Assembly: GCA_043785185.1 (NCBI GenBank)
Contig: JAYVXL010000833.1
Location: 1-10,796 of the forward strand
From: Myxococcales bacterium
GTDB taxonomy: Bacteria; Myxococcota_A; Polyangia; Polyangiales; Polyangiaceae
Reading direction: 5' to 3'
DNA length: 10,796 nt
Shown here: positions 1-10,332 of the stretch, piece by piece
Numbering within the stretch: position 1 is the stretch's first letter
Layout of the letters: every line of letters starts with the position of its first letter
Notes under the pieces: generated by a model
Told to the model about the DNA's origin: nothing
The model's database searches: none
What the model saw: the letters and a program-made list of their open reading frames with translations, nothing else
Position numbers and translations under genes: made by a program

Positions 1-267
1 GAACGACGGATCGCCGCTGGACGCCTTCACGAGGAGCAGCCCCTCGCCGACGCCGAGCGCCGTCGACACGGTGTCGATGAGCAACGGCTGCCAGCCGTAC
101 CAGCTCGTCTCGGTCGCTCCGGGGTGGGCCTCCGTTTCGAGGTCCGGCACCATCGGAGGCAACGCGTCGGACGGCGCGCCCAGAGCTCCGCGCGCGGCCA
201 GCATGAAGGCGCGCGCGCACGCCCGCGGACAGCTGAGACGCAACAAGGAAAGGCGCGCGGAAGGCAT
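1..267 (-). CDS. Hypothetical protein, N-terminal fragment; the gene continues past the left edge and the start codon is uncertain (ATG at 267 or ATG at 204)
   Basis: The minus frame is open from a TAG near 441 to the window edge, so it is absent from the complete-ORF track. Translation from ATG 204 reads MLAARGALGAPSDALPPMVPDLETEAHPGATETSWYGWQPLLIDTVSTALGVGEGLLLVKASSGDPSF. Hand count over 1-204: 62 of 68 codons end in G/C, with GC1 about 69% and GC2 about 56%, the pattern expected for a real gene in this genome. The overlapping plus ORF 71..616 shares the same wobble position but has the GC1/GC2 pattern inverted and a Ser/Arg-rich product, so the minus strand is the coding one. I recognise no family. 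Confidence 0.45.
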   Translation of the reverse strand, partial: MPSARLSLLRLSCPRACARAFMLAARGALGAPSDALPPMVPDLETEAHPGATETSWYGWQPLLIDTVSTALGVGEGLLLVKASSGDPSF

Positions 268-421
268 GTGTGGCGCCCCGCAAGCCGTGTGCCGTTCGCG
301 ATCTCCTCGAAAAATGGCCACGACGCGCGGTCTTCGAGGCCGCCGCGCGGTGCTCGACGGGGACACTGTGCGCGGCGTGCGACAGGCCACGCGAGCGCGC
401 GCGCGGGAGAACGCGCGTCGA

Positions 422-450
422 AGTGCTCCGCACGTTAGATTGCGGGCACT
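422..450. promoter_or_regulatory. Imperfect palindrome AGTGCtCCGCA-N8-TGCGGGCACT; candidate operator in the divergent promoter region
   Basis: Read directly. The reverse complement of the right arm 441-450 (TGCGGGCACT) is AGTGCCCGCA. This equals the left arm 422-432 (AGTGCTCCGCA) apart from one extra T at 427. The spacer is CGTTAGAT. The element lies 25-53 nt upstream of the amidohydrolase ATG at 475, and the operon it precedes encodes a TetR regulator. Confidence 0.35.
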
Positions 451-463
451 CTCTTTCTATGTA
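435..463 (+). promoter_or_regulatory. Weak sigma70-like promoter candidate (TTAGAT-N17-TATGTA) for the amidohydrolase/TetR operon
   Basis: This is the only AT-rich patch in the 268-474 intergenic region. The -35-like TTAGAT is at 435-440, the spacer is 17 nt, and the -10-like TATGTA is at 458-463. Each hexamer matches consensus at only about 3 of 6 positions. It would place the transcription start only a few nt before ATG 475, giving a near-leaderless mRNA. Alternatively AAGG at 463-466 is a weak SD. Confidence 0.2.
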
Positions 464-474
464 AGGCTCGTGTC

Positions 475-2298
475 ATGCGCTTCGACGTCATCCTCTCGGG
501 CGGTCTCGTCTTCGACGGCACCGGCGCGGCCGGCGCGGTGCGCCACGTCGGCATCAAGGACGGCCGCGTCGCCGTCGTCAGCGAGGCGCCGCTCGACGCG
601 GGCGGCGCGAAGGTGATCGACGCCACCGGCAAGTGGGTCACGCCCGGCTTCCTCGACTGCCACACGCACTACGACGCCGAGGTCCTCGCCGCGCCGTCGC
701 TCTCCGAGTCGATTCGCCACGGCGTGACGACGGTGACGCTCGGCAGCTGCTCGATCGGCGCTGTCCTCGCGGACGCCGAGGACTGCTCCGATCTCTTCAC
801 GCGCGTGGAGGCGATCCCGCGCGCCCAGGTGCTGCCGCTCCTCCGCGCGAAGAAGACGTGGACGACGCCCGGCGCGTACGTGGCCTACCTGAAGGAGCAG
901 CCGCTCGGTCCGAACGTCAACGCGTTCCTCGGCCACTCCGACGTGCGCGCGCGCGTGCTCGGCCTCGGCCGCGCCGTCGATCCGAAGGTCCGCCCGAGCG
1001 AGGCCGAGCTCTCCGCCATGGAGCGCTGGCTCGGCGAGGCGCTCGATCACGGCTTTTTGGGGCTGTCCACGATGACGAACCCGTGGGACAAGCTCGACGG
1101 CGATCGCTACCGCTCCGCCGCGCTTCCGTCGACGTACGCGACCTGGAGCGAGTACCGGCGGATGAACGAAGTCCTCCGCGCGCGGGGGCGCGTCCTGCAG
1201 TCGGCGCCGAACCTCGTCACCGTCCTGAACTTCCTCCTCTTCATCCTCGCGAGCGCGACGTGGCTGGGCCGGCGGGCCCTGAAGACCACGCTCCTCACGC
1301 TCGCCGACGGCAAGTCGAACCCGCACCTGCACCGCGTCATCGGCTACGTCACGCGCTTCTGCAACCGCGTCTTCGGCAGCGATCTGCGCTGGCAGACGCT
1401 GCCGGTGCCGTTCCACGTCTACGCCGACGGCATCGACCTCGTCGTCTTCGAGGAGTTCGGCGCCGGGCGCGCGGCGCTCCATTTGGCCGACGAGATCGAG
1501 CGCAACGCGCTGATGAAGGACGAGGCGTACCGCCGCCGCTTCCGCAAGGACTACGAGACGCGCTGGACGCCGCGCGTGTGGCACCGCGATTTTTTCGACG
1601 CGCACGTCGACGCGTGCCCGGACGCGAGCCTCGTCGGCAAGAGCTTCGGCGAGATCGCGGAGGCGCGCGGCATTCATCCGGTCGATTTGTTCCTCGACCT
1701 CGTCGTCCTTCACGGCAAGAGGCTTCGCTGGCATACGCTCATCGCCAACCACCGGCCGAAGGAGCTCGCGTGGATGATGAGCCAACCGTGCGCGCTCATC
1801 GGCTTCGCCGACTCGGGCGCGCACATCCGGAACATGGCCTTTTACAGCGCGCCGCTGCGCATGCTGAAGGCGGTGCGCGACGCCGAGCTGGCCGGCGCGC
1901 CCATCATGCCGCTCGGACGCGCGGTGCACCGCTTGACGGGCGAGATCGCCGACTGGCTGAGCGTCGACGCCGGGCACCTGCGCGTCGGCGATCGCGCGGA
2001 CGTCGTCGTGCTCGAACCGGCGGCGCTCGACGCGCGCCTGGAGGCGTACCACGAGGCGCCGATGGAGGGCTTCGGCGGGCTCATGCGCATGGTGAACCGG
2101 AGCGATGGCGCGGTGAGCGCGGTGCTCGTCAACGGGCGCGTTGCGTTCGAGGACGGCGCGTTCGACGCGGCGCTCGGCAAGGAGCCGGCGTTCGGGCAGT
2201 TCCTCGCGGCGGGCCAGAAGTCGCCGGCCGGCGCCGCGGCCCACGCCTCGGCCCACCCGGCGCGCGCGCGCAAAGCAGAAGCGGAGGAGGCGGCGTGA
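475..2298 (+). CDS. Metal-dependent amidohydrolase, N-acyl-D-amino-acid deacylase (D-aminoacylase) family
   Basis: 607-aa ORF with nearly all codons ending in G/C. The N-terminus MRFDVILSGGLVFDGTG...VGIKDGRVAVV...VIDATGKWVTPGFLDCHTHYD is the classic amidohydrolase beta-sandwich followed by the H-x-H metal motif of the D-aminoacylase/Amidohydro_3 group. The C-terminal GFADSGAH...GRAVHRLTGEIADWLSVDAGHLRVGDRADVVVLEP matches the usual family tail. The last ~40 aa are a low-complexity Ala-rich extension. Confidence 0.9.
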   Translation: MRFDVILSGGLVFDGTGAAGAVRHVGIKDGRVAVVSEAPLDAGGAKVIDATGKWVTPGFLDCHTHYDAEVLAAPSLSESIRHGVTTVTLGSCSIGAVLADAEDCSDLFTRVEAIPRAQVLPLLRAKKTWTTPGAYVAYLKEQPLGPNVNAFLGHSDVRARVLGLGRAVDPKVRPSEAELSAMERWLGEALDHGFLGLSTMTNPWDKLDGDRYRSAALPSTYATWSEYRRMNEVLRARGRVLQSAPNLVTVLNFLLFILASATWLGRRALKTTLLTLADGKSNPHLHRVIGYVTRFCNRVFGSDLRWQTLPVPFHVYADGIDLVVFEEFGAGRAALHLADEIERNALMKDEAYRRRFRKDYETRWTPRVWHRDFFDAHVDACPDASLVGKSFGEIAEARGIHPVDLFLDLVVLHGKRLRWHTLIANHRPKELAWMMSQPCALIGFADSGAHIRNMAFYSAPLRMLKAVRDAELAGAPIMPLGRAVHRLTGEIADWLSVDAGHLRVGDRADVVVLEPAALDARLEAYHEAPMEGFGGLMRMVNRSDGAVSAVLVNGRVAFEDGAFDAALGKEPAFGQFLAAGQKSPAGAAAHASAHPARARKAEAEEAA

Positions 2299-2945
2299 CG
2301 ACGCGCGACGCTAGGGCGGCGAAGAAAACACCGCCGCGAAGGACGCAGGAGGAGCGCCGCCTTGGGACCATCCGCAAGCTCCTCGACGCGGGCGCCGAGA
2401 CGCTCATCGAGGTCGGCTACGCCGAGGCCAGCGTGCAGGCGATCTGCGCGCGCGCCGGCGTGTCGCAGGGCGCGCTCTTCCGGCACTTCCCGACGCGCGA
2501 GGCGCTGATGGTCGCCGTGGGCGAGGACGTCGGGCGGAGGACGCTGGCGAGCTTCACGCGCGAGTTCGCCGCCGAGGAGGGCGCCGCGGATCCGCTCCCG
2601 CTCGCGCTGCGCCTCGTGCGCGCGCACTGCCGCTCGCGTTTGAACCAGGCCTGGTACGAGCTCGCCTGCGCCGCGCGCACCCACGACGCGCTGCGCCGCG
2701 CGCTCGCCCCAACCGCGCGCGCCTACTACGTCGGCATCGAGGCGCTCGCGCGGCACCTCTTGCCGGATCTCGCCGCCCGCATGGGCCAAACGTTCGGGCC
2801 GCTCGTGGAGACGGTGCTGGCCATCTTCGACGGCGAGAGCATGCACCGGTTCGTCGTGGAGGACCGCGCCCTCGAGGACGCGCGCCTGCCGCTCGTCATG
2901 GCGTTCATCGCCGGCGCGGCCGCCCACCCTTGGCGAGCGGCGTGA
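2295..2945 (+). CDS. TetR/AcrR-family transcriptional regulator
   Basis: This is the C-terminal part of track ORF 633..2945. GTG at 2295 overlaps the upstream TGA (2296-2298) as GTGA. It is preceded by the strong SD GGAGGAGG at 2283-2290. The N-terminal HTH reads IRKLLDAGAETLIEVGYAEASVQAICARAGVSQGALFRHFPTREALMVAV, which is the TetR_N signature. An all-helical ligand-domain-like remainder follows. 216 aa. Confidence 0.9.
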   Translation: MTTRDARAAKKTPPRRTQEERRLGTIRKLLDAGAETLIEVGYAEASVQAICARAGVSQGALFRHFPTREALMVAVGEDVGRRTLASFTREFAAEEGAADPLPLALRLVRAHCRSRLNQAWYELACAARTHDALRRALAPTARAYYVGIEALARHLLPDLAARMGQTFGPLVETVLAIFDGESMHRFVVEDRALEDARLPLVMAFIAGAAAHPWRAA

Positions 2946-2970
2946 TCTCGTCCTACGGTGAGGCGACGTC

Positions 2971-3906
2971 ATGCCGTTCCTCGCCTTGCCCGCCCTTCCT
3001 CGCGGTCGCGCGCGCGCGCTCGCCGTCGCCGCCGCGCCCATCGCGCTCGCGCTCGCGTTTCCGGCCGGCGACTCGTGGGCCGAGGCGGCGCAGCTGGCGC
3101 CCACGCGCTTCGAGTGGCGCTACCTCTTCGGCAAGCACTGGCAGATCGTCTCGCCGCCCGGCGAGGACCCGGCCGTGACCGACGCGGCGGAGGGCAACCG
3201 CGGCGCGTGCCCGGCCGGCATGATCGACGTCCACGGCAACATGAAGGTCGCGAACCTGATGGACGAGCAGCAAAAAGTCGTCTGCAGCAAATGGATCAAC
3301 CGGGATTTCCCCGAGCGATGCGCCGAGTTCGACCGCGACAAGTGGCTCGCCGCGTCCAAAAATTTCCCGACGCGCGCGATGCACTACTGCATCGATCGCT
3401 TCGAGTTCCCCAACCGGAAGGGCGAGTTCCCGCTCATCCTCATCAACTGGAACGAGGCCGGCGATCTCTGCAAATCCGTCGGCAAGCGCCTATGCACCGA
3501 GGACGAGTGGACGTTCGCGTGCGAGGGCGAAGAGGCGCGCCCCTACCCGTACGGCGACGGCTACACGCGTGACACGACGTCGTGCGTGATCGACGCGACG
3601 TGGCGACCGTACAACCCGGTGGCGTTCGCGCAGCGCGACGGCGATCCGATGATGCGCGAGCTCGACAAGCTGTGGCAGGGGCAGCCGAGCGGCGCGCGGG
3701 CGGCGTGCAAGAGCGTGTTCGGCGTCTACGACATGACCGGCAACGTCGACGAGTGGACCAAGAGCTCGCAGCCGGGCCGCCAGAGCATCCTCAAGGGCGG
3801 CTACTGGGGGCCCGTGCGCACGCGCTGCCGGCCGTCGACGCGCGCGCACGGCGAGCTGCACGTGTTCTATCAGCAGGGCGTGCGGTGCTGCGCCGAGGCG
3901 CCGTGA
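2971..3906 (+). CDS. Secreted protein with an FGE-sulfatase (SUMF1/DUF323) domain; probably not a true formylglycine-generating enzyme
   Basis: 311-aa ORF with SD GAGG 7 nt upstream of the ATG. The N-terminal signal-like segment is MPFLALPALPRGRARALAVAAAPIALALAFPAGDSWA. Family motifs are YCIDRFEFPN, NWNEAGDLCKSVGKRLCTEDEWTFACEG, YPYGDGY, GVYDMTGNVDEWT, ILKGGYW and the terminal GVRCCA (compare RGGSW...GFRCA). It has about 13 Cys. Confidence 0.85.
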   Translation: MPFLALPALPRGRARALAVAAAPIALALAFPAGDSWAEAAQLAPTRFEWRYLFGKHWQIVSPPGEDPAVTDAAEGNRGACPAGMIDVHGNMKVANLMDEQQKVVCSKWINRDFPERCAEFDRDKWLAASKNFPTRAMHYCIDRFEFPNRKGEFPLILINWNEAGDLCKSVGKRLCTEDEWTFACEGEEARPYPYGDGYTRDTTSCVIDATWRPYNPVAFAQRDGDPMMRELDKLWQGQPSGARAACKSVFGVYDMTGNVDEWTKSSQPGRQSILKGGYWGPVRTRCRPSTRAHGELHVFYQQGVRCCAEAP

Positions 3907-3918
3907 CCCGCGCGCCGA

Positions 3919-7836
<3,918 letters not shown>

Positions 7837-7893
7837 GGCCCTTCATCGTACACGAAGCGCCCGCGGCCACCCGCGATCCTGTAGCCTCCGGAG

Positions 7894-9048
7894 ATGGCGT
7901 CGGTGATCGTTTGCGGCGCGGGAATCTTCGGCGTCTGCGCCGCCCTCGAGCTGCGCCGTCGCGGCGACGACGTCACCCTCACCGATCCCGGACCGATCCC
8001 CCACCCGGACGCCGAGTCGAACGACATCAGCAAGGCCGTCCGCATGGACTACGGCGCCGACCGCGTCTACGCGGGGATGATGGAGGAGGCGCTCGAGGGC
8101 TGGCGCGCCTGGGACCGCGCGTGGGTCGCGGAGAACGGGCAGTCGCTCTTCCACGAGACCGGCGTCCTCTACGTCGCGCGGGACGAGATGACGCGCGGCG
8201 GCTTCGAGCACGATTCGTTCGAGGTCTTGATCGAACGCGGTCATTTGCCCGAGCGCCTCGACGCGCGCTCGCTCACCGCGCGCTTCCCGGCGTGGAGCAC
8301 CGGCGCGTACATCGACGGCTACTTCAACCGCGTCGGCGGCTTCGCCGAGAGCGGGCGCGTCGTCGCGCGCCTCGCGAACGAGGCGACGCGCGCGGGCGTT
8401 CGCGTCATCGAGGGGTTCCGCGCCGCGCGCGTTCTCGAGCGCGGCGTCGAAGCCGCGGACGGCGCGCACCTCGAGGCCGACGCCGTCGTCCTCTGCGCGG
8501 GCGCGTGGACGCCGAAGCTCCTCCCCGAGCTCGCCGGCCACCTCTTCGCGACGGCGCAGCCGGTCTTCCACCTGCGCTCGCCGGACCCGCGCCTCTTCGA
8601 TCCGGTGCGCTTCCCGACGTTCGGCGCCGACATCGCGCGCACGGGCTTTTACGGCTTCCCGGCGACGGCCGAGGGCCTCGTCAAAATCGCCAACCACGGC
8701 CCCGGCTTCGCGTGCGACCCCGACGGACCGCGCGCGCTCCTTCCGGATCACGAGCCCAGCCTGCGGGCCTTCCTGAAGGAGACGTTCCCGGCGCTCGAGC
8801 ACGCCGAGCTCGCCGGCACGCGCGTCTGCATTTACTGCGACACGAAGGACGAGCACTTCTGGATCGATCGGCACCCCACGCGCGCGAACCTCGTCGTCGC
8901 GGCGGGCGGGTCGGGGCACGCCTTCAAGTTCGCGCCGCTCGTCGGCGGCTGGATCGCCGACGCGCTCGGCGGCCGCACGCTCGATCGCTTCCGCTGGCGC
9001 ACCGACGTCTCCGCGCGCGGCCTCGAGGCTGCCCGGCACCACGTCTGA
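7894..9048 (+). CDS. FAD-dependent oxidoreductase, monomeric sarcosine oxidase / N-methyl amino-acid oxidase-like (DAO family)
   Basis: 384-aa ORF. The N-terminal Rossmann motif is VIVCGAGIFGVCAALELRRRGDDVTLTD. The C-terminal VCIYCDTKDEHFWIDRHP...VVAAGGSGHAFKFAPLVGGWIADAL parallels, from memory, the MSOX CMYTKTLDEHFIIDLHP...AAGFSGHGFKF block, which contains the covalent-FAD Cys. The start is ambiguous by 3 codons. ATG 7894 has GGAG directly abutting it, while GTG 7903 has that GGAG at 9-nt spacing. Confidence 0.85.
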   Translation: MASVIVCGAGIFGVCAALELRRRGDDVTLTDPGPIPHPDAESNDISKAVRMDYGADRVYAGMMEEALEGWRAWDRAWVAENGQSLFHETGVLYVARDEMTRGGFEHDSFEVLIERGHLPERLDARSLTARFPAWSTGAYIDGYFNRVGGFAESGRVVARLANEATRAGVRVIEGFRAARVLERGVEAADGAHLEADAVVLCAGAWTPKLLPELAGHLFATAQPVFHLRSPDPRLFDPVRFPTFGADIARTGFYGFPATAEGLVKIANHGPGFACDPDGPRALLPDHEPSLRAFLKETFPALEHAELAGTRVCIYCDTKDEHFWIDRHPTRANLVVAAGGSGHAFKFAPLVGGWIADALGGRTLDRFRWRTDVSARGLEAARHHV

Positions 9049-9049
9049 A

Positions 9050-9910
9050 TCAGCGCGCGCGGAGGACGGCGTCGAACGTCGCCGCGAACGTGTGCGCGTC
9101 GCCGGGCCACCGCGCGGAGACGTAGGCGCCGTCACGCACGACGAAGGCCGGTCGCGCGTCGTCGGGCGTGTCGCGGAAGCGCCCGCTCGTCTTGCGCGCG
9201 AAGTCGGGATCACCCGGCGCGACGTCCTGGTAGTCGTCCGGCGACGCGAGCGCGCGCGTCACCTCGGCCTGCACGCTGCGGTGTCCGCTCGGCTCGCCCG
9301 GCTCTTCGAGGTAGGTGCGGTAGTACGTCGGGTCCCAGAACCGCGTGATCCGCGCGATGCGCGTCGCGAGGCGCTCCTGCGCCCAGGTGAGCGACGTCGT
9401 CTTCTTGCCGTAGAGCACCGAGCGCCCCGTCGTCGCCGACGTCGCCCGCGCCGCGACGACCACGCCGTGACAGATGGCGCCGACGGGCTTGCCCGCGGCG
9501 AACATCGCCGACACGAAGCGCCGCAGCTCGAGGTCCTCGAGGTACGGGCGGATGCCGCGCGCGCGGTGGCCGCCCGGCAGGACGAGCCCGTCCCAGTCGG
9601 CCACGCGCAGCTCCGCGAAGCGCGCGGGCGCGGCGAAGCGCGCGTCGGTCTCCAGCCGCGCGTACGCCGCGCGCGCGCCCGCGTCCGCGCCGAGGATGCG
9701 GCCCACGACGCGCGCGCGCGCGAGCCCCGGCACGATGGCCCACGGATCGAGCCCTTCGCCGGTGAGCATCATCGCGTCGGCCTCCGCGCGCGCGCCCGTC
9801 GTCGTCGCGAACGCGACCTCGTGGCCGGCCTCCGTCAAGACGCGCCACGGGATCGCGACCTCGGTCGGATCGAAATCGAGCAGCGCCGCGCAGAGGACGA
9901 TCTTGGCCAT
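9050..9910 (-). CDS. DJ-1/PfpI family protein (class-I glutamine amidotransferase-like fold)
   Basis: 286-aa ORF. ATG 9910 is the first start after an in-frame TGA 20 codons upstream. The beta1 strand is MAKIVLCAALLDFDPTEVAIPWRVLTEAGHEVAFAT. The nucleophile elbow is GKPVGAICHGVVVAA, and DGLVLPGGH is also present. There are long insertions compared with minimal DJ-1. The exact activity cannot be inferred. Confidence 0.85.
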   Translation of the reverse strand: MAKIVLCAALLDFDPTEVAIPWRVLTEAGHEVAFATTTGARAEADAMMLTGEGLDPWAIVPGLARARVVGRILGADAGARAAYARLETDARFAAPARFAELRVADWDGLVLPGGHRARGIRPYLEDLELRRFVSAMFAAGKPVGAICHGVVVAARATSATTGRSVLYGKKTTSLTWAQERLATRIARITRFWDPTYYRTYLEEPGEPSGHRSVQAEVTRALASPDDYQDVAPGDPDFARKTSGRFRDTPDDARPAFVVRDGAYVSARWPGDAHTFAATFDAVLRAR

Positions 9911-9950
9911 GGCTCCGCGCAGGATACGCGCCGCGCGCGGCCGGCGGTGG

Positions 9951-10030
9951 CGCCCCCTTCCTCCATTTCACCTTCCCGTCACGCACGCTCAACTTCGCCG
10001 ATACACGCCTCCCCACCCACCCCTCCTTCC
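9951..10030. repeat. Strand-asymmetric C-rich / polypyrimidine tract, G-rich on the minus strand, upstream of the DJ-1/PfpI gene
   Basis: Hand count over 80 nt gives 45 C and 7 G. The plus strand carries the C-runs CC-T-CCCC-A-CCC-A-CCCC-T-CC at 10008-10026. The minus strand reads GGAAGGAGGGGTGGGTGGGGAGG and carries several GGAGG/GGAAGG SD-like motifs 40-120 nt upstream of ATG 9910. Confidence 0.6.
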
Positions 10031-10161
10031 GGACACCGCGACGACGCGACGTTTCCGGTTTTGTCGGACGCGCGCCCCTCACACCAACGGCGGCTGAATT
10101 TCCGAGGGAGGAGCAGGCTTAGCGCGCTCACCGCGCGCACCATTCAATCGGCAAATCAATG

Positions 10162-10177
10162 TCATGTTCAAACATGA
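10162..10177. repeat. Perfect 7-bp inverted repeat TCATGTT-CA-AACATGA
   Basis: Read directly: 10162-10168 TCATGTT, 2-nt spacer, 10171-10177 AACATGA. It lies inside the AT-rich island, 3 nt upstream of the tandem decamers. Confidence 0.6.
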
Positions 10178-10179
10178 TT

Positions 10180-10199
10180 GTTCGCGACGGTTCGCGACG
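10180..10199. repeat. Perfect tandem duplication of a decamer, GTTCGCGACG x2, each copy containing the palindromic core TCGCGA
   Basis: Read directly: 10180-10189 and 10190-10199 are identical. Confidence 0.6.
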
Positions 10200-10297
10200 T
10201 CAATGGCGCCAATCAGTTTGGTTTGGGACAAAATCCGAGCTCGCTTGAGCCCCGAAGACCACGAAAAACAGGCCGGATCGTCGATTTCGGGGGAAAG

Positions 10298-10332
10298 CCT
10301 GTGGAGAAGGTCAGTGGGTAACCTGTGGACAA
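10298..10332. repeat. Twin CCTGTGGA boxes 24 nt apart
   Basis: CCTGTGGA occurs at 10298-10305 and 10322-10329. The extended forms TGTGGAGAA and TGTGGACAA each match 8 of 9 positions of TGTGGATAA, the complement of the DnaA-box consensus. A related GCCTGTGAGG occurs at about 10732. Confidence 0.5.

Noticed and set aside
422-463. Intrinsic terminator (10-bp stem followed by CTCTTTCT on the plus strand)
   Set aside because: No plus-strand gene ends upstream of it, because the neighbouring gene is on the minus strand and starts here. The T-tract is interrupted. An operator or 5' regulatory hairpin fits the context better.
71-616. Plus-strand ORFs 71..616, 124..438 and 270..464 at the left end
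   Set aside because: ORF 71..616 shares its wobble position with the minus-strand gene but has inverted GC1/GC2 and a Ser/Arg-rich product, and it also runs through the real start of the amidohydrolase. ORF 124..438 is Arg-rich nonsense. ORF 270..464 (64 aa, several Cys) has only about 75% wobble G/C and no motif I can name, so I treat it as intergenic.
457-2256. 599-aa minus-strand ORF antisense to the amidohydrolase, and also the N-terminal ~550 aa of plus ORF 633..2945
   Set aside because: Both products are Arg/Ala/Gly/Pro-rich low-complexity translations typical of off-frame reading in very GC-rich DNA, where stop codons are rare. The 475..2298 frame has the family motifs and the near-100% G/C wobble. 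Only the last 216 codons of 633..2945 (the TetR gene) are real.
7843-10177. ORFs 7843..9213 minus, 7911..9125 plus, 9092..10177 plus and 9210..10082 minus
   Set aside because: Off-frame or antisense shadows of the oxidase and DJ-1/PfpI genes, with the same Arg-rich composition and no recognisable motifs.
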